From Nitrospirota bacterium (GTDB lineage Bacteria > Nitrospirota > UBA9217): 64,000 nucleotides of DNA. The position numbers and the translations under genes are program-made. Within the stretch, counting starts at the first letter, position 1; each line of letters opens with the position of its first letter. Of the stretch, positions 20,764 through 30,927 are shown one piece after another. The notes beneath the pieces were generated by a model, which ran no database searches, was not told the origin of the DNA, and saw nothing but the letters and a program-made list of their open reading frames with translations. The stretch is taken from assembly GCA_963818475.1 (NCBI GenBank), contig CAWFSF010000006.1, positions 480,001 through 544,000 on the forward strand, read 5' to 3'.

Positions 20764-21618
20764 ATGATCCGCCGACCCGCGGTGGCAGGTCAGTTTTACC
20801 AGGGATCAAAGGAAGCGCTGAAACGGCAGGTAGAGGGATTTCTCATCCCGGATGCCCGGAAGAAGAGTGCGCTCGGCATTCTCTCTCCCCATGCGGGCTT
20901 GATCTATTCCGGTTCCGTGGCAGGGGCGGTCTATTCAAGCGTTGAACTGCCCGGCACCTTCATACTCATCGGACCGAACCATACCGGCCTCGGAGCAGCC
21001 GTATCGATCATGTCCAGCGGTCAATGGGAAACGCCCCTTGGAATTGTCGAGATCGATGAATCTCTTGCAGCGGCCATTCGCGGCCGTTCCCGCCTCATTC
21101 GCGAAGACGACCGGGCCCACCTTCACGAGCATTCTCTCGAGGTGCAACTTCCCTTTATCCAGTATCTTTGTCCGACAGCAACGATCGTTCCGATCCAGAT
21201 GCTCGACACGAGGCTCGAGACCTGTCTTGAGGTCGGCCGGGCGGTGGGGGATTCGATTGCGGAATACGGGATGCGGAATGCGGAATATGATTCTGAAGCC
21301 CGAGATGCGAAATCCAAAGGTCCAGGAGTTCTCGTCGTTGCAAGTTCGGATATGAGCCACTACGAGCCGGCAGAAATCGCACGAAAAAAAGACCATCTTG
21401 CGATCGGTCAAATTCTCAATCTCGACCCTGAAGGTCTTTATCGGACGATTAAAAGCAATCACATCACCATGTGCGGCTTTGGACCTGCGGTCGCCATGCT
21501 TACTGCCTGTAAAATCCTCGGAGCTGCCAATGCAGAGCTGATCAAGTATACTAACTCCGGAGAAGTGAGTGGCAACTATGAGCAGGTCGTGGGGTATGCA
21601 GGTGTCGTCATTGTGTAG
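20764..21618 (+). CDS. MEMO1-family protein (AmmeMemoRadiSam protein B)
   Basis: RPAVAGQFY, PHAG, GPNHTG, EHSLEVQLPF, SSDMSHY, TMCG, VGYA. Confidence 0.93.
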   Translation: MIRRPAVAGQFYQGSKEALKRQVEGFLIPDARKKSALGILSPHAGLIYSGSVAGAVYSSVELPGTFILIGPNHTGLGAAVSIMSSGQWETPLGIVEIDESLAAAIRGRSRLIREDDRAHLHEHSLEVQLPFIQYLCPTATIVPIQMLDTRLETCLEVGRAVGDSIAEYGMRNAEYDSEARDAKSKGPGVLVVASSDMSHYEPAEIARKKDHLAIGQILNLDPEGLYRTIKSNHITMCGFGPAVAMLTACKILGAANAELIKYTNSGEVSGNYEQVVGYAGVVIV

Positions 21619-21699
21619 TTCATTACATACCAGGGCAATCCTTCCCCTATAATACCATTCACCTGATAATTAAGTATCTGTTTTGTTTATTTATTTTCA

Positions 21700-21715
21700 T
21701 GGCATTGTCATTGCA
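21700..21715 (+). promoter_or_regulatory. sigma54 -24/-12 promoter
   Basis: TGGCAT-TGTCA-TTGCA with canonical spacing, preceded by an AT-rich tract. Confidence 0.7.
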
Positions 21716-21776
21716 TAGTCTACTGCAGAAAATGCCGGGTTATGCTGCTGGCATTTTCTTGAGAGGCGGAGAAAAA

Positions 21777-21965
21777 ATGAGAAAGTTCAAGCTTATCTGT
21801 CCCGACTGCAATGCCTCGATCATCACATCATCACCCGGTTCGCTGGTATGGGAACTTTGCCCGGCCTGCCGGAAGCATGTTTGGGATGGGTATGATGCGC
21901 TCATGGCCGACGTGATGCCTCTGATGCCGCCCGGTGAACATGCCAATCGGATGCACTTGCAGTAA
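21777..21965 (+). CDS. Small Zn-ribbon-like protein (62 aa)
   Basis: CPDC...CPAC; purine-rich RBS. Confidence 0.65.
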   Translation: MRKFKLICPDCNASIITSSPGSLVWELCPACRKHVWDGYDALMADVMPLMPPGEHANRMHLQ

Positions 21966-21983
21966 GTCCAAAGGAGAGAGTCT

Positions 21984-22433
21984 ATGGCAGTCCTTGTCAT
22001 AAAAAAAAGGCAGCAAGGATTTACGCTGCTGGAGCTTCTGATCGCGGTCTCCCTTCTCGCGATAGGCCTTCTTGCCGCAGCCAGCATGCAGGGCGTGGCG
22101 ATCAACGCGAACTCTTTCGCGAACAAAAACTCAATCTCGACATCTATCGCTCAGGAAGTGATGGAAACATTGATGTCACTGCCGATCGATAGTCCAACGG
22201 TGGTCACGGCGGTGACGGATTCGACCTGGGACCTGGACCCGGGGACCGCGGGCACCACGATAGCGGTCCCCGCGGGAGGCACCTACGAAGCTATCTATAC
22301 CGCTCATACTAATACCCCGACAGCCAGCGTAACGACGTTTATTGTGACGGTCAAACAGATCAATCCGGATGGAACGAAGAAAACAATGCTCACCTATACC
22401 GGACTCAAGCGCGTGACGAGGCAGACGATATGA
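21984..22433 (+). CDS. pilV: Type IV minor pilin, PilV-like
   Basis: G|FTLLE prepilin motif; first pilin of a V-W-X-Y1 order. Confidence 0.8.
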   Translation: MAVLVIKKRQQGFTLLELLIAVSLLAIGLLAAASMQGVAINANSFANKNSISTSIAQEVMETLMSLPIDSPTVVTAVTDSTWDLDPGTAGTTIAVPAGGTYEAIYTAHTNTPTASVTTFIVTVKQINPDGTKKTMLTYTGLKRVTRQTI

Positions 22434-23387
22434 ACAAGTATCGCAGAACGAGCGGCGGTTTTACTTTGATAGAACTTCTGATCGTTGCCGGCATGCTCGC
22501 CATCGTGATGGCCGCGGTTTATTCGCTGTACCTTACTCATATGCGGTCGGCCTACAGTCAGGATGAGGTGGTCGAGGTGCAGCAGAATCTCAGGATCGCG
22601 ATGGAGAGCCTCAGCCGCGATATCCGGATGGCCGGCTTCATGATTCCGACCAGCGCTCCGGCGCCGGCGAATACCCCGGTTCGGAGCATCAACAATAACT
22701 CGGGAGAGCTCAATTCAGATATCATTGAACTGAACACGGCTTCCGCTACAGGGGTCGTCGGGGTGCTGGCAATACCGTTCCCGGGCGGTGTTGTTGGAGC
22801 AGCGGCGATACAGATAGGCATTGGCGATTCTTTTCCTCTTGATTCCGAGGAATCTACTTATGCTTTTAAAGTGGGCGACTGTCTGAGAATTTTAAACCCG
22901 CAAACCTACGATGAACCCACGGATGCATCAAAAACCGTGGTGCATACGGTCTTCCAGGTGGCGGACATGGGAACGTCCTCGTTAACACTGGTAAAGGCAA
23001 AAGGTACTGATCCGGCGGGGACAATTTTTTCGAGAGGTGACGTGGTTGCCCGGGTCCATAAGGACTCGAACAATCCCAATACCATTAAGTACCTGCTTAC
23101 CACGGGCGGGACTTGCCCCACAGGCCAGACCTGCCTCTCAAGGCTCATAGATGAATGGGCCACGTGCAAAAGACACCCAAGTGGTTGCAACCAATATCGC
23201 AGGCCTTCAGTTCAAATATCTTCTGGATGATGACACTGCCGAACACGACACCGTTTCCTTTGCCGATATGGCCCGGATCCGTGCAGTGAAGATCACGATA
23301 ACCGGTGTGACGTCGGCAACAGCGGGTGCAAAAACACGGCAGATCGCTTCGATTGTCAAGATCAGAAACAGGCAGGAAGAAATCTAA
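22430..23387 (+). CDS. pilW: Type IV minor pilin, PilW-like (apparent frameshift ~23155)
   Basis: G|FTLIE, RDIRMAG; C-terminal NIAGLQFKY...VKIRN in the shifted frame. Confidence 0.82.
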
Positions 23388-23420
23388 AACCGGTGTATGG
23401 GGTATGGCGTGGGGATAGTG

Positions 23421-23948
23421 ATGGATAAAATTAAAAAAGATGGAATGCAACTCGCTGACAGCTCTCCGTGGAGCGATCAGAAAGGCATTGCGCTTGTGCT
23501 GGCCCTGGTTATGCTCATGCTGCTCGGTTTTCTCGGCGCTTTTGCCCTTTCCACGAGCGATACGGAACTGCGAATTACCGGGAATTATCGAGCCAGGCAG
23601 GCTTCTTTTTTTGCTGCCGACGGAGGGCTTGAGTACGCCGCCAAGGACGGGATGATCAGGTCTCAGCTGGTCGCGAACAACGTCGCATCCTATCCAACCA
23701 CGAGTGATCCTGCAACAGTGCCCGGCACCGGCGCCGGCACGACGGCAAAAGTGCGCGTTGACTATATGCGCTTCGGCGACCCACCTCCGGGCAGCGGGTT
23801 CGATGCGGTCATCCTCAAGTTGACCGGCAAGAACCTTCCGGCCACGGCTTTCAAAATGCATTATGTGACCATAACCTCGGTCGGGACCGGGCCGATTGAC
23901 TCGGAAACAGCGACCGAATCCATGGTAGGCTGGGTGCAGCCCATGTAG
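23421..23948 (+). CDS. pilX: Type IV minor pilin, PilX-like
   Basis: G|IALVLAL without E5; FFAADGG. Confidence 0.82.
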   Translation: MDKIKKDGMQLADSSPWSDQKGIALVLALVMLMLLGFLGAFALSTSDTELRITGNYRARQASFFAADGGLEYAAKDGMIRSQLVANNVASYPTTSDPATVPGTGAGTTAKVRVDYMRFGDPPPGSGFDAVILKLTGKNLPATAFKMHYVTITSVGTGPIDSETATESMVGWVQPM

Positions 23949-23994
23949 TTGTTGCGAGAATTGATATCCGTATTACCCGATCGACGGAGGTACC

Positions 23995-26900
23995 ATGAAG
24001 AGATTTTTTCTGCCCATGCTGGCGCTGGTTGCGCTAACAGCGTTTTCACAGAGCGCTTTTGCAGCGCCGGATTGCTATAAGGGAGATACCGCGATCTACG
24101 GTTCTCCTACCTCATCACTCCGGCCGAAAGTCCTGTTTCTCATTGATAACAGCCATGCCACCCTGAACCCGGCAGTAGGCGAGCCCTACAATCCCGCCAA
24201 GATCTACACCGGAGGTACAACCACGTTCAGACCTAACTCCGTTTATCTGTCTGACAATCAGGGCATTTTTAACTCGGAGGTGCTCACGGACTATAGCGTA
24301 AACCTTCAGTGCAGCAGCGTAAAAACGATCTTGGGGAGAGCTGGCATCTACGCAGGCAGCGGGACGGTCGATAATCCTAATATTGATGTAATCGCGGGTA
24401 AAGGTGTTTGCCAAACCAGCCATCCGACAGGCGCGGTCTATGCACGCGGGAATTATCTGAATTATCTGGAGACGCCTATTGATCCAAGGCTATACGTGAA
24501 CGTAAATGGCAGTGATTATCTTTTGGCCCTGTCACATGAGCCAATTAGTTGCATGTCGGAACCTTACGACTGCAATGAGCCCGGCAATGAATTGGCAATT
24601 GATTATGAAGGTGAAAGAACGTATGAATGTTTAGTAACAAACGACGATGGGACCACCACCACCGGGACCTGCACCGAAACCGTATCTATCCCGGCATTGG
24701 ATTCAACTCCAGAGGATAGGGCTACATTAACTCCGGTTTACCGATGGGCTGCATTTTGGACAAAACAATCAACAAATACCTCGACTAATTCCTGGTCCGC
24801 AGGTGGAAACAGCGGGCCTGTTTACCCGCCGTGGTACGCTACGCCTAACCCGGGCAAGACCCAGCGCGAGATTGTATATAAAGCGCTTGAGTTGGTGATA
24901 CAAGCTGTACGCGGCAAAATTGATATCGGCGCAATGGTTTACAGCTCGAACAATGTAGGCGGTGAATTGCTCGCTGAGGTCTCTGATCTTTCATCCGAGG
25001 CCACGTATACTGCGTTCCTGGCAAAATTGCCCGGGAATGTGGCAGATAAGGTAGAGGCGCGAGCGTTGACCAGTAGAACAGCCCGGCCTCAGGCGGGGGC
25101 ACTTTACGATGCGGGGTTGTATTTTCAGGGAAACTATGGAAACTCGGGTTTAATGATCGGTAGTGACAGGACTACCCATCCGTCGCCGATTCAGTATAAA
25201 TGCGACAGCAGCGAAATTATCATGATCACGAACGGCATGTCAAATGGCGACCAAAGTCCAAAACTAAAAAATAACATTAAAGATTTTGATGATGATATGT
25301 ATGGTGGTGATGCTCCTCCATATGATGGTGAAGGTGAAGAGATCCCATACGGACAAGGCTCTCACTATCTGGACGACGTTGCAAAGTATCTGTACGATAA
25401 GGACAACATCGCTCTTCCGGGTGAAGATATTCTCCAGCGCGTTAAGACACACACGGTCCTCGTATTCCAGCCCGAAGACTCTCTCGTCAGCAGGGCCTCA
25501 GACAGCGCTCACGGCAACGGGAATTTTTACAATGTCTACAGCGCCGAAGCGCTGGCAAGGGCGCTTGCCGATCTTTTCCAGAGTATTGTTGATGATACGG
25601 ATACGTCCTTTATTGCGCCGGTGGTCCCGGTCAGCCCCGAAAACCGGACCTACAGCGGCAGCAGGGTGTACATGGGTTTTTTCAAGCCCCAAGACAACAA
25701 GTATTGGAAAGGCAATCTGAAAAAATATGGTCTCGACGAGAACAACAATATTGTCGACTCAAGGATCGATGCAGATGGAAAGCATACTTTTTTTGCGAAC
25801 TATATCGATAAGGACAACAACGGCTTCGATGATAGAGGAAACAACACTAATGAAGATCCGCTGGCCAATAAGAGCAGGGACGGCTCTTTCAGACCGGGGG
25901 CGAAGTCTTTCTGGAGTTCAGACGATGACGGCGCATCCGTCGTCTTAGGTGGTGTCGGAGGTGTTCTTAAGGACACTTCCAAGACAGTAATAGACCCGAC
26001 AGGCGCTGATCCGCTTTCCCGTAAAATATACACGAACCTGAATGGAGCGGGATATCTCATTACCACGTCCACTACCACGGGGAATATTTTTACTACAACT
26101 AACACGAGTATCACTCCCGATATGTTCAGGCTTACAACTGTGGAGGCCAAGGATAAACTGATAGGATTCTTCCATGGGGTGAATGCTTACGGTGAGAAAG
26201 AGGGTACAGAGACCACTCCCCCGGCAAACAGGAACTGGGTCCTGGGTGATATTCTCCACTCGAAACCCGTGATCGTGAATTACCAGAGCTATACCCAAAC
26301 AGAAGAAAATGACTGCTCAAAAAATACAGGGATCGTTTACGTCGGATCCAATGACGGGATGCTGCATGCGTTCAGGGATTGCGATGGAACAGAGGCCTGG
26401 GCATTCATTCCGAATGACTTGCTGCCACAGCTTAGGTTCATTACCACAAGGAACCACAACATGTTCGCCGATAGTACGGTGAGTGAGTATGTCTTTGATA
26501 ATAATATGAACGGTACGATCGAAACGGATGCCGCTAATGGTGATAAGGCTGTCATCGTTTTCGGGCTGAGGCGAGGCTCCGGACAGCTCGGGCTGGAGGG
26601 ACGTGGATTTTACTATGCGCTTGATGTGACGGACCCCGAAAAACCCAGAGTTTTATGGGGTCGCATAGGAAACAACACGGCTGGATTTGATGAGATGGGA
26701 GAATCGTGGAGCGAGCCGAAGATCGTAAAAATGAAAATCGGTACGTACGAGAGGATCGTCGCTATTTTCGGGGGCGGATACGATAACTGCAACGAAGACA
26801 GCCGCTATGGGGGGTCCCAGTTTTTCAATGGCGTGTGCGCAAATTTAGCTACCCCCCTGGGTGCTGGCATGAGTTATAGCCCTGGCGCCGCGGTCCCGAT

Positions 26901-27915
26901 TACTCCCAGCGGCAGGGCATTATATTTTGTACAAATTGCCATCCTGGATTCTGACGGGAAACCCGCAATTACTGAAAACGTAACACAACTAAAACGTTTT
27001 GTTCCTGTCAGTACGACAACCAACACAACGATTGAAACGGTCGTACCTCTGCAGTTCAGCCTTATGAGCGAGGTTGCTCCCATAGATTCTGATTCCGACG
27101 GGAATGTGGATAGGGTCTATGTGGGGGACGCAGGCGGGAACTTGTGGCGTTTCAATGTCGGTGACACGAACCGTGTCAACTGGAGCGCCGTTAAATTATT
27201 CAGTTCACATGCAGGATTTAAGGCTTCCGGTGATCCCATGACGAACGTAGCCGATTTTGAATCGAATGGGAGGAGATCCACCGGCCGAAAAATTTTTTAC
27301 CGGCCTGCGGTTACGATGGAGGTCGGTGGTTCGGCGATAGTTTTTTTCGGTACGGGGGACAGGGAGCATCCTCTTAATCAGGCCCACACAGATAGAATAT
27401 ATGCCATTAAGGATACAGGCGGGACGACCACACTGACTGAAAGTCACCTGGTAGATGTCACAGACGACAAGTTGCAGGGAGACGATGCAGAAGCCGCCGC
27501 GTTGACTGTGAGTGCCCTTTCCGCGAAGAAAGGATGGTATATCCGATTGAACCAGCATGCGGGAGAAAAAGTGCTGGCTTTGCCTACCTTGTTCAGCAAA
27601 GCAATTTACTTTACCACGTTTACGCCCAATGCGGTCATGAATTTGGACCCGTGCGAACCGGGGAATCTCGGCATGGGACGACTCTATGCGCTTAACTATA
27701 AGACCGGGGAAGCGGTTATCGATCAGGACGGGACCCCAGGTCTATCGGGTTCTGACCGGTCCACTGAGTTAGGGGCGGGCATTCCGTCAGGCGTGGTGGT
27801 CGTGGTCTCGCAGACCGGAGACGTGCTTGCGCTGATCGGGAGCGGCGGTACCATAACAACCGAAAAGATCAAAGCAACGGGCGGAATCCTTCCCATTTAC
27901 TGGAGACAAAAGTAG
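23995..27915 (+). CDS. pilY1: PilY1/PilC type IV pilus tip adhesin
   Basis: Signal peptide, vWA-like N-terminus, LGDILHS, GSNDGMLHAF, DSDSDGNVD Ca loop, FGTGD, terminal YWRQK. Confidence 0.9.
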   Translation: MKRFFLPMLALVALTAFSQSAFAAPDCYKGDTAIYGSPTSSLRPKVLFLIDNSHATLNPAVGEPYNPAKIYTGGTTTFRPNSVYLSDNQGIFNSEVLTDYSVNLQCSSVKTILGRAGIYAGSGTVDNPNIDVIAGKGVCQTSHPTGAVYARGNYLNYLETPIDPRLYVNVNGSDYLLALSHEPISCMSEPYDCNEPGNELAIDYEGERTYECLVTNDDGTTTTGTCTETVSIPALDSTPEDRATLTPVYRWAAFWTKQSTNTSTNSWSAGGNSGPVYPPWYATPNPGKTQREIVYKALELVIQAVRGKIDIGAMVYSSNNVGGELLAEVSDLSSEATYTAFLAKLPGNVADKVEARALTSRTARPQAGALYDAGLYFQGNYGNSGLMIGSDRTTHPSPIQYKCDSSEIIMITNGMSNGDQSPKLKNNIKDFDDDMYGGDAPPYDGEGEEIPYGQGSHYLDDVAKYLYDKDNIALPGEDILQRVKTHTVLVFQPEDSLVSRASDSAHGNGNFYNVYSAEALARALADLFQSIVDDTDTSFIAPVVPVSPENRTYSGSRVYMGFFKPQDNKYWKGNLKKYGLDENNNIVDSRIDADGKHTFFANYIDKDNNGFDDRGNNTNEDPLANKSRDGSFRPGAKSFWSSDDDGASVVLGGVGGVLKDTSKTVIDPTGADPLSRKIYTNLNGAGYLITTSTTTGNIFTTTNTSITPDMFRLTTVEAKDKLIGFFHGVNAYGEKEGTETTPPANRNWVLGDILHSKPVIVNYQSYTQTEENDCSKNTGIVYVGSNDGMLHAFRDCDGTEAWAFIPNDLLPQLRFITTRNHNMFADSTVSEYVFDNNMNGTIETDAANGDKAVIVFGLRRGSGQLGLEGRGFYYALDVTDPEKPRVLWGRIGNNTAGFDEMGESWSEPKIVKMKIGTYERIVAIFGGGYDNCNEDSRYGGSQFFNGVCANLATPLGAGMSYSPGAAVPITPSGRALYFVQIAILDSDGKPAITENVTQLKRFVPVSTTTNTTIETVVPLQFSLMSEVAPIDSDSDGNVDRVYVGDAGGNLWRFNVGDTNRVNWSAVKLFSSHAGFKASGDPMTNVADFESNGRRSTGRKIFYRPAVTMEVGGSAIVFFGTGDREHPLNQAHTDRIYAIKDTGGTTTLTESHLVDVTDDKLQGDDAEAAALTVSALSAKKGWYIRLNQHAGEKVLALPTLFSKAIYFTTFTPNAVMNLDPCEPGNLGMGRLYALNYKTGEAVIDQDGTPGLSGSDRSTELGAGIPSGVVVVVSQTGDVLALIGSGGTITTEKIKATGGILPIYWRQK

Positions 27916-27948
27916 CGATAGCATGATGTAACGCATCATCCCGGTGTT

Positions 27949-28941
27949 ATGATAAATAGAACGATAACGAAAAAAACGCGTCGCAAGAAAAGAATCACGC
28001 AAAAAAAAGAACGGGGCAGGAATAATCTGCAGACCGGGGCGCTCCTTGTTATTCTCCTTGCCCTTTTCGTGGCAGCCATGATGTATCGGGGGAAAGAGAT
28101 GAGGGCGGAAAGCAGCGGGTCCCGTGAAATAACGAGTGCGGGTGCAGGAGTTACCCTGCTCCCGAGCCCTCCTACTGCTGCAACCGACCTGGAGGTTTCC
28201 GCCGGGGAATGGGCAGGTGGGGACGTTACGTACCAATGGAAGCGAAACAATGAGGTGATCGGTGGGGAGTCAACAGCGCGGTTAGCCAGAACCAATTTTG
28301 CAAAAGGCGATATCATCTCAGTGACGGTTGTTTCAGGCGGGAGAGAAGAGACTGCATCAGTTGAGATCGCCAACTCTCGTCCTAAAGTTAGTTCCATTTC
28401 TTTTGCGCCTGAAATTCCGACGCCTGGCAGCGAGTTGAGTGCTGCTCCTGTCGCCGTGGACGAGGACGGAGATTATGTGCGGTTCACCTATGCGTGGAGC
28501 GTCAACGGCAGTGAGATCGGCGTGAATTCCGCTGCCCTGCCGGGAAATGCATTTAAAAAAGGCGATCGCATTTCCGTTGCGGTTCTCCCATTCGATGCTG
28601 ACGGAGATGGCCTGCTCTTTGTATCCGATCCGCTCACAACCGGAAACACTTCTCCCCGGTTTGTCTCTACCCCGGCGTCGACATTCAGTGGAACAGGGTA
28701 TTCCTATACTGCAGTTGCTGTTGATCCCGATGGCGATCCTTTAGCCTACTCGCTGGCGCAAGGCCCTCAGGGCATGAAGATCGACAGCGCCAGCGGGGTC
28801 GTCACCTGGCAGATTGATAGCAACCAGGCAGGAACGCATACGATAGAGATTGTTGCCAAAGACCCGGATGGTTTAAGAGCTTTCCAGAAATATTCATTTA
28901 CGGTCGCATTCAACAAGGAGCTGCTCAATGAGGCGAAATAG
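27949..28941 (+). CDS. Membrane-anchored Ig-like repeat protein
   Basis: Basic N-terminus, one TM, repeated YxW..N and D(P/E)DGD motifs, putative Ig domain. Confidence 0.75.
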   Translation: MINRTITKKTRRKKRITQKKERGRNNLQTGALLVILLALFVAAMMYRGKEMRAESSGSREITSAGAGVTLLPSPPTAATDLEVSAGEWAGGDVTYQWKRNNEVIGGESTARLARTNFAKGDIISVTVVSGGREETASVEIANSRPKVSSISFAPEIPTPGSELSAAPVAVDEDGDYVRFTYAWSVNGSEIGVNSAALPGNAFKKGDRISVAVLPFDADGDGLLFVSDPLTTGNTSPRFVSTPASTFSGTGYSYTAVAVDPDGDPLAYSLAQGPQGMKIDSASGVVTWQIDSNQAGTHTIEIVAKDPDGLRAFQKYSFTVAFNKELLNEAK

Positions 28942-29431
28942 AGAAGTTTTGTCCGGACAGCGAGGTTTTACTTTGATAGAATTACTCGTTGTCATTGCCA
29001 TCATGACTATACTTTCGGCAATCGCATTGCCGTCTTATCTGGAATGGCGACGAGGCATGGTGTATCGGACCGCGGCGAGAGATATTGTGTCCTTGTTGAG
29101 GGAGGCACGGAGCAAGTCGATAGCCTCCAATAGGAACTACCTGGTGCAATTCGACTCAGCAGCTCATCAGTGTGGAATGAAAAAAGGGGCGCGTAGCCGC
29201 AACACCGTCTGGACTGATACTGGGAATGGTCCGGTAGTATCGAGGTCGGTAGGTAATGAGGTCACTATCAATTCGCTGTATGATTTCCTGGACCACCCAG
29301 ACGAAGCGATTGTTTTTAATCCCGATGGGACGGTGGTGTCGGCGGCCACGATCACCATTTCTGATGTCAATGCGAATCCAAAATTTGCCATCGACGTTGT
29401 CGCTTCCGGAAAAATCAAAATGAAAAAATAA
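28928..29431 (+). CDS. FimT/FimU-like pilin
   Basis: G|FTLIE, LREARSKSI, FNPDG. Confidence 0.85.
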   Translation: MRRNREVLSGQRGFTLIELLVVIAIMTILSAIALPSYLEWRRGMVYRTAARDIVSLLREARSKSIASNRNYLVQFDSAAHQCGMKKGARSRNTVWTDTGNGPVVSRSVGNEVTINSLYDFLDHPDEAIVFNPDGTVVSAATITISDVNANPKFAIDVVASGKIKMKK

Positions 29432-29585
29432 GAACTCGGTTTCCGCGTTCACCCTCCGACCCCGCCCGGAAGACCTTTATTTCTGGGCTTCCAATTTATA
29501 GCTGTCTTTCGTAATTCTCCTGTAACCCCTCCACTGTAACATTATTCCCATAAACAGGATGTTCAATCCGGTTAATGGAGGGCAT

Positions 29586-30080
29586 ATGGATATAGGGGAA
29601 CGTAGTTTGTCACGTCGTTGTTCCACGCGAGGAATAAGCATGACGGAGTTGCTCGTCGTTCTTTCCATCGTGGCGGTCCTATCAGCCATCGCAATTCCGC
29701 AGGGTATGGCGTGGAAGCGGAACCAGGTCTATCGGGAAGCGACCCGGGAAATAATGCTGGCCTTGCGGGAGGCCCGGAGCAAGGCTTTGAGCGCCAACCG
29801 TGAACACCGGGTGGAATTGAACCAGGTTGAGGGAACGTACCGGATAACCCGGGGGAACCGATCCAATAGCAGCACGACCTGGGACGAGGTCGTGCGCGGC
29901 TGGACATCACTTCCACATGAAATCAGGATCAGCGCGAGCGTATCGGCGATCCAGATGAATACCAACGGGACCGCAACAGCAAGCCGTGTTTTTATCCAGG
30001 ATTCGCTCGCCCAAAATAAAATTAAAGTAATAGTCGCCCCGAGCGGAAGAATCCGGCTCGATTACGAGGATATCAGTTAA
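29586..30080 (+). CDS. Second FimT/FimU-like pilin
   Basis: G|ISMTE variant, LREARSKAL; GGAGG before ATG 29586. Confidence 0.8.
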   Translation: MDIGERSLSRRCSTRGISMTELLVVLSIVAVLSAIAIPQGMAWKRNQVYREATREIMLALREARSKALSANREHRVELNQVEGTYRITRGNRSNSSTTWDEVVRGWTSLPHEIRISASVSAIQMNTNGTATASRVFIQDSLAQNKIKVIVAPSGRIRLDYEDIS

Positions 30081-30159
30081 GTGACCGTTGTAAGTGGTTT
30101 TTCCTTTGTTTGTGGTACTATTGCCAATTCGTGAGCTGTTTGAATACCCTTCATCCTCT

Positions 30160-30744
30160 ATGAATGCGAACCGAAAAAAAATTATTCTCGCCTCTCAATC
30201 TCCCCGACGGCGGATGCTTCTGGAGCAGATCGGAATTTCCTGTGACGTCGTCCCATCGGAACTTGATGAAGAGATGCTTCCCGGTGAAACTCCTGACCAC
30301 TATGCTCTGCGCGTTGCCCTGGATAAAGCACGGAGCGTGGCAGCCAGGACGGAGGGGGAGATTGTGATCGCCGCTGATACGATCGTCGTTCTGGATAATG
30401 CAGTCCTGGGCAAGCCTGTCGACCAGGCGGATGCAGTGCGCATGCTGACCATGCTTTCGGGCAGGATGCATCGGGTGATTACCGGTCTGGCCGTGATTGA
30501 CAGCGAGGCTGGAAGGGAATTGTCAGCGACATCGGTTACACGGGTCTGGTTCCGCGCCCTCGACCAGGAAAGCATTTTTTCCTATGCAGCGTCCGGAGAG
30601 CCCCTTGACAAGGCCGGCGCCTATGGCATCCAGGGACGGGGCGCTCTGTTCGTGGATCGCATCGATGGCTGTTATTTTAACGTGGTCGGCCTTCCGTTAG
30701 CACTCCTCGCCGACCTTCTCAGTGCTGCGGGTATAATTCTCTGA
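30160..30744 (+). CDS. maf: Maf nucleoside triphosphate pyrophosphatase
   Basis: LASQSPRR, ADT, DKAGAYGIQG, NVVGLP. Confidence 0.94.
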   Translation: MNANRKKIILASQSPRRRMLLEQIGISCDVVPSELDEEMLPGETPDHYALRVALDKARSVAARTEGEIVIAADTIVVLDNAVLGKPVDQADAVRMLTMLSGRMHRVITGLAVIDSEAGRELSATSVTRVWFRALDQESIFSYAASGEPLDKAGAYGIQGRGALFVDRIDGCYFNVVGLPLALLADLLSAAGIIL

Positions 30745-30858
30745 TCAAACGTGTTCCGGGCCAAATCCGCCATTGATAACGTTCTGCTTGACCTGAATGC
30801 ATTATTCTGCTACATTATGCTTCTGATAGCTCTATTCTCATCGTTTTTCTGGGTTAGC

Positions 30859-30887
30859 TTGACAACCCTTCCTGCTCCTTCTAAAAT
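30859..30887 (+). promoter_or_regulatory. sigma70-like promoter
   Basis: TTGACA-N17-TAAAAT. Confidence 0.6.
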
Positions 30888-30927
30888 AGTATAAAGAGAA
30901 TGTTGCGCAGGAGGCGCAGGAGGCATT

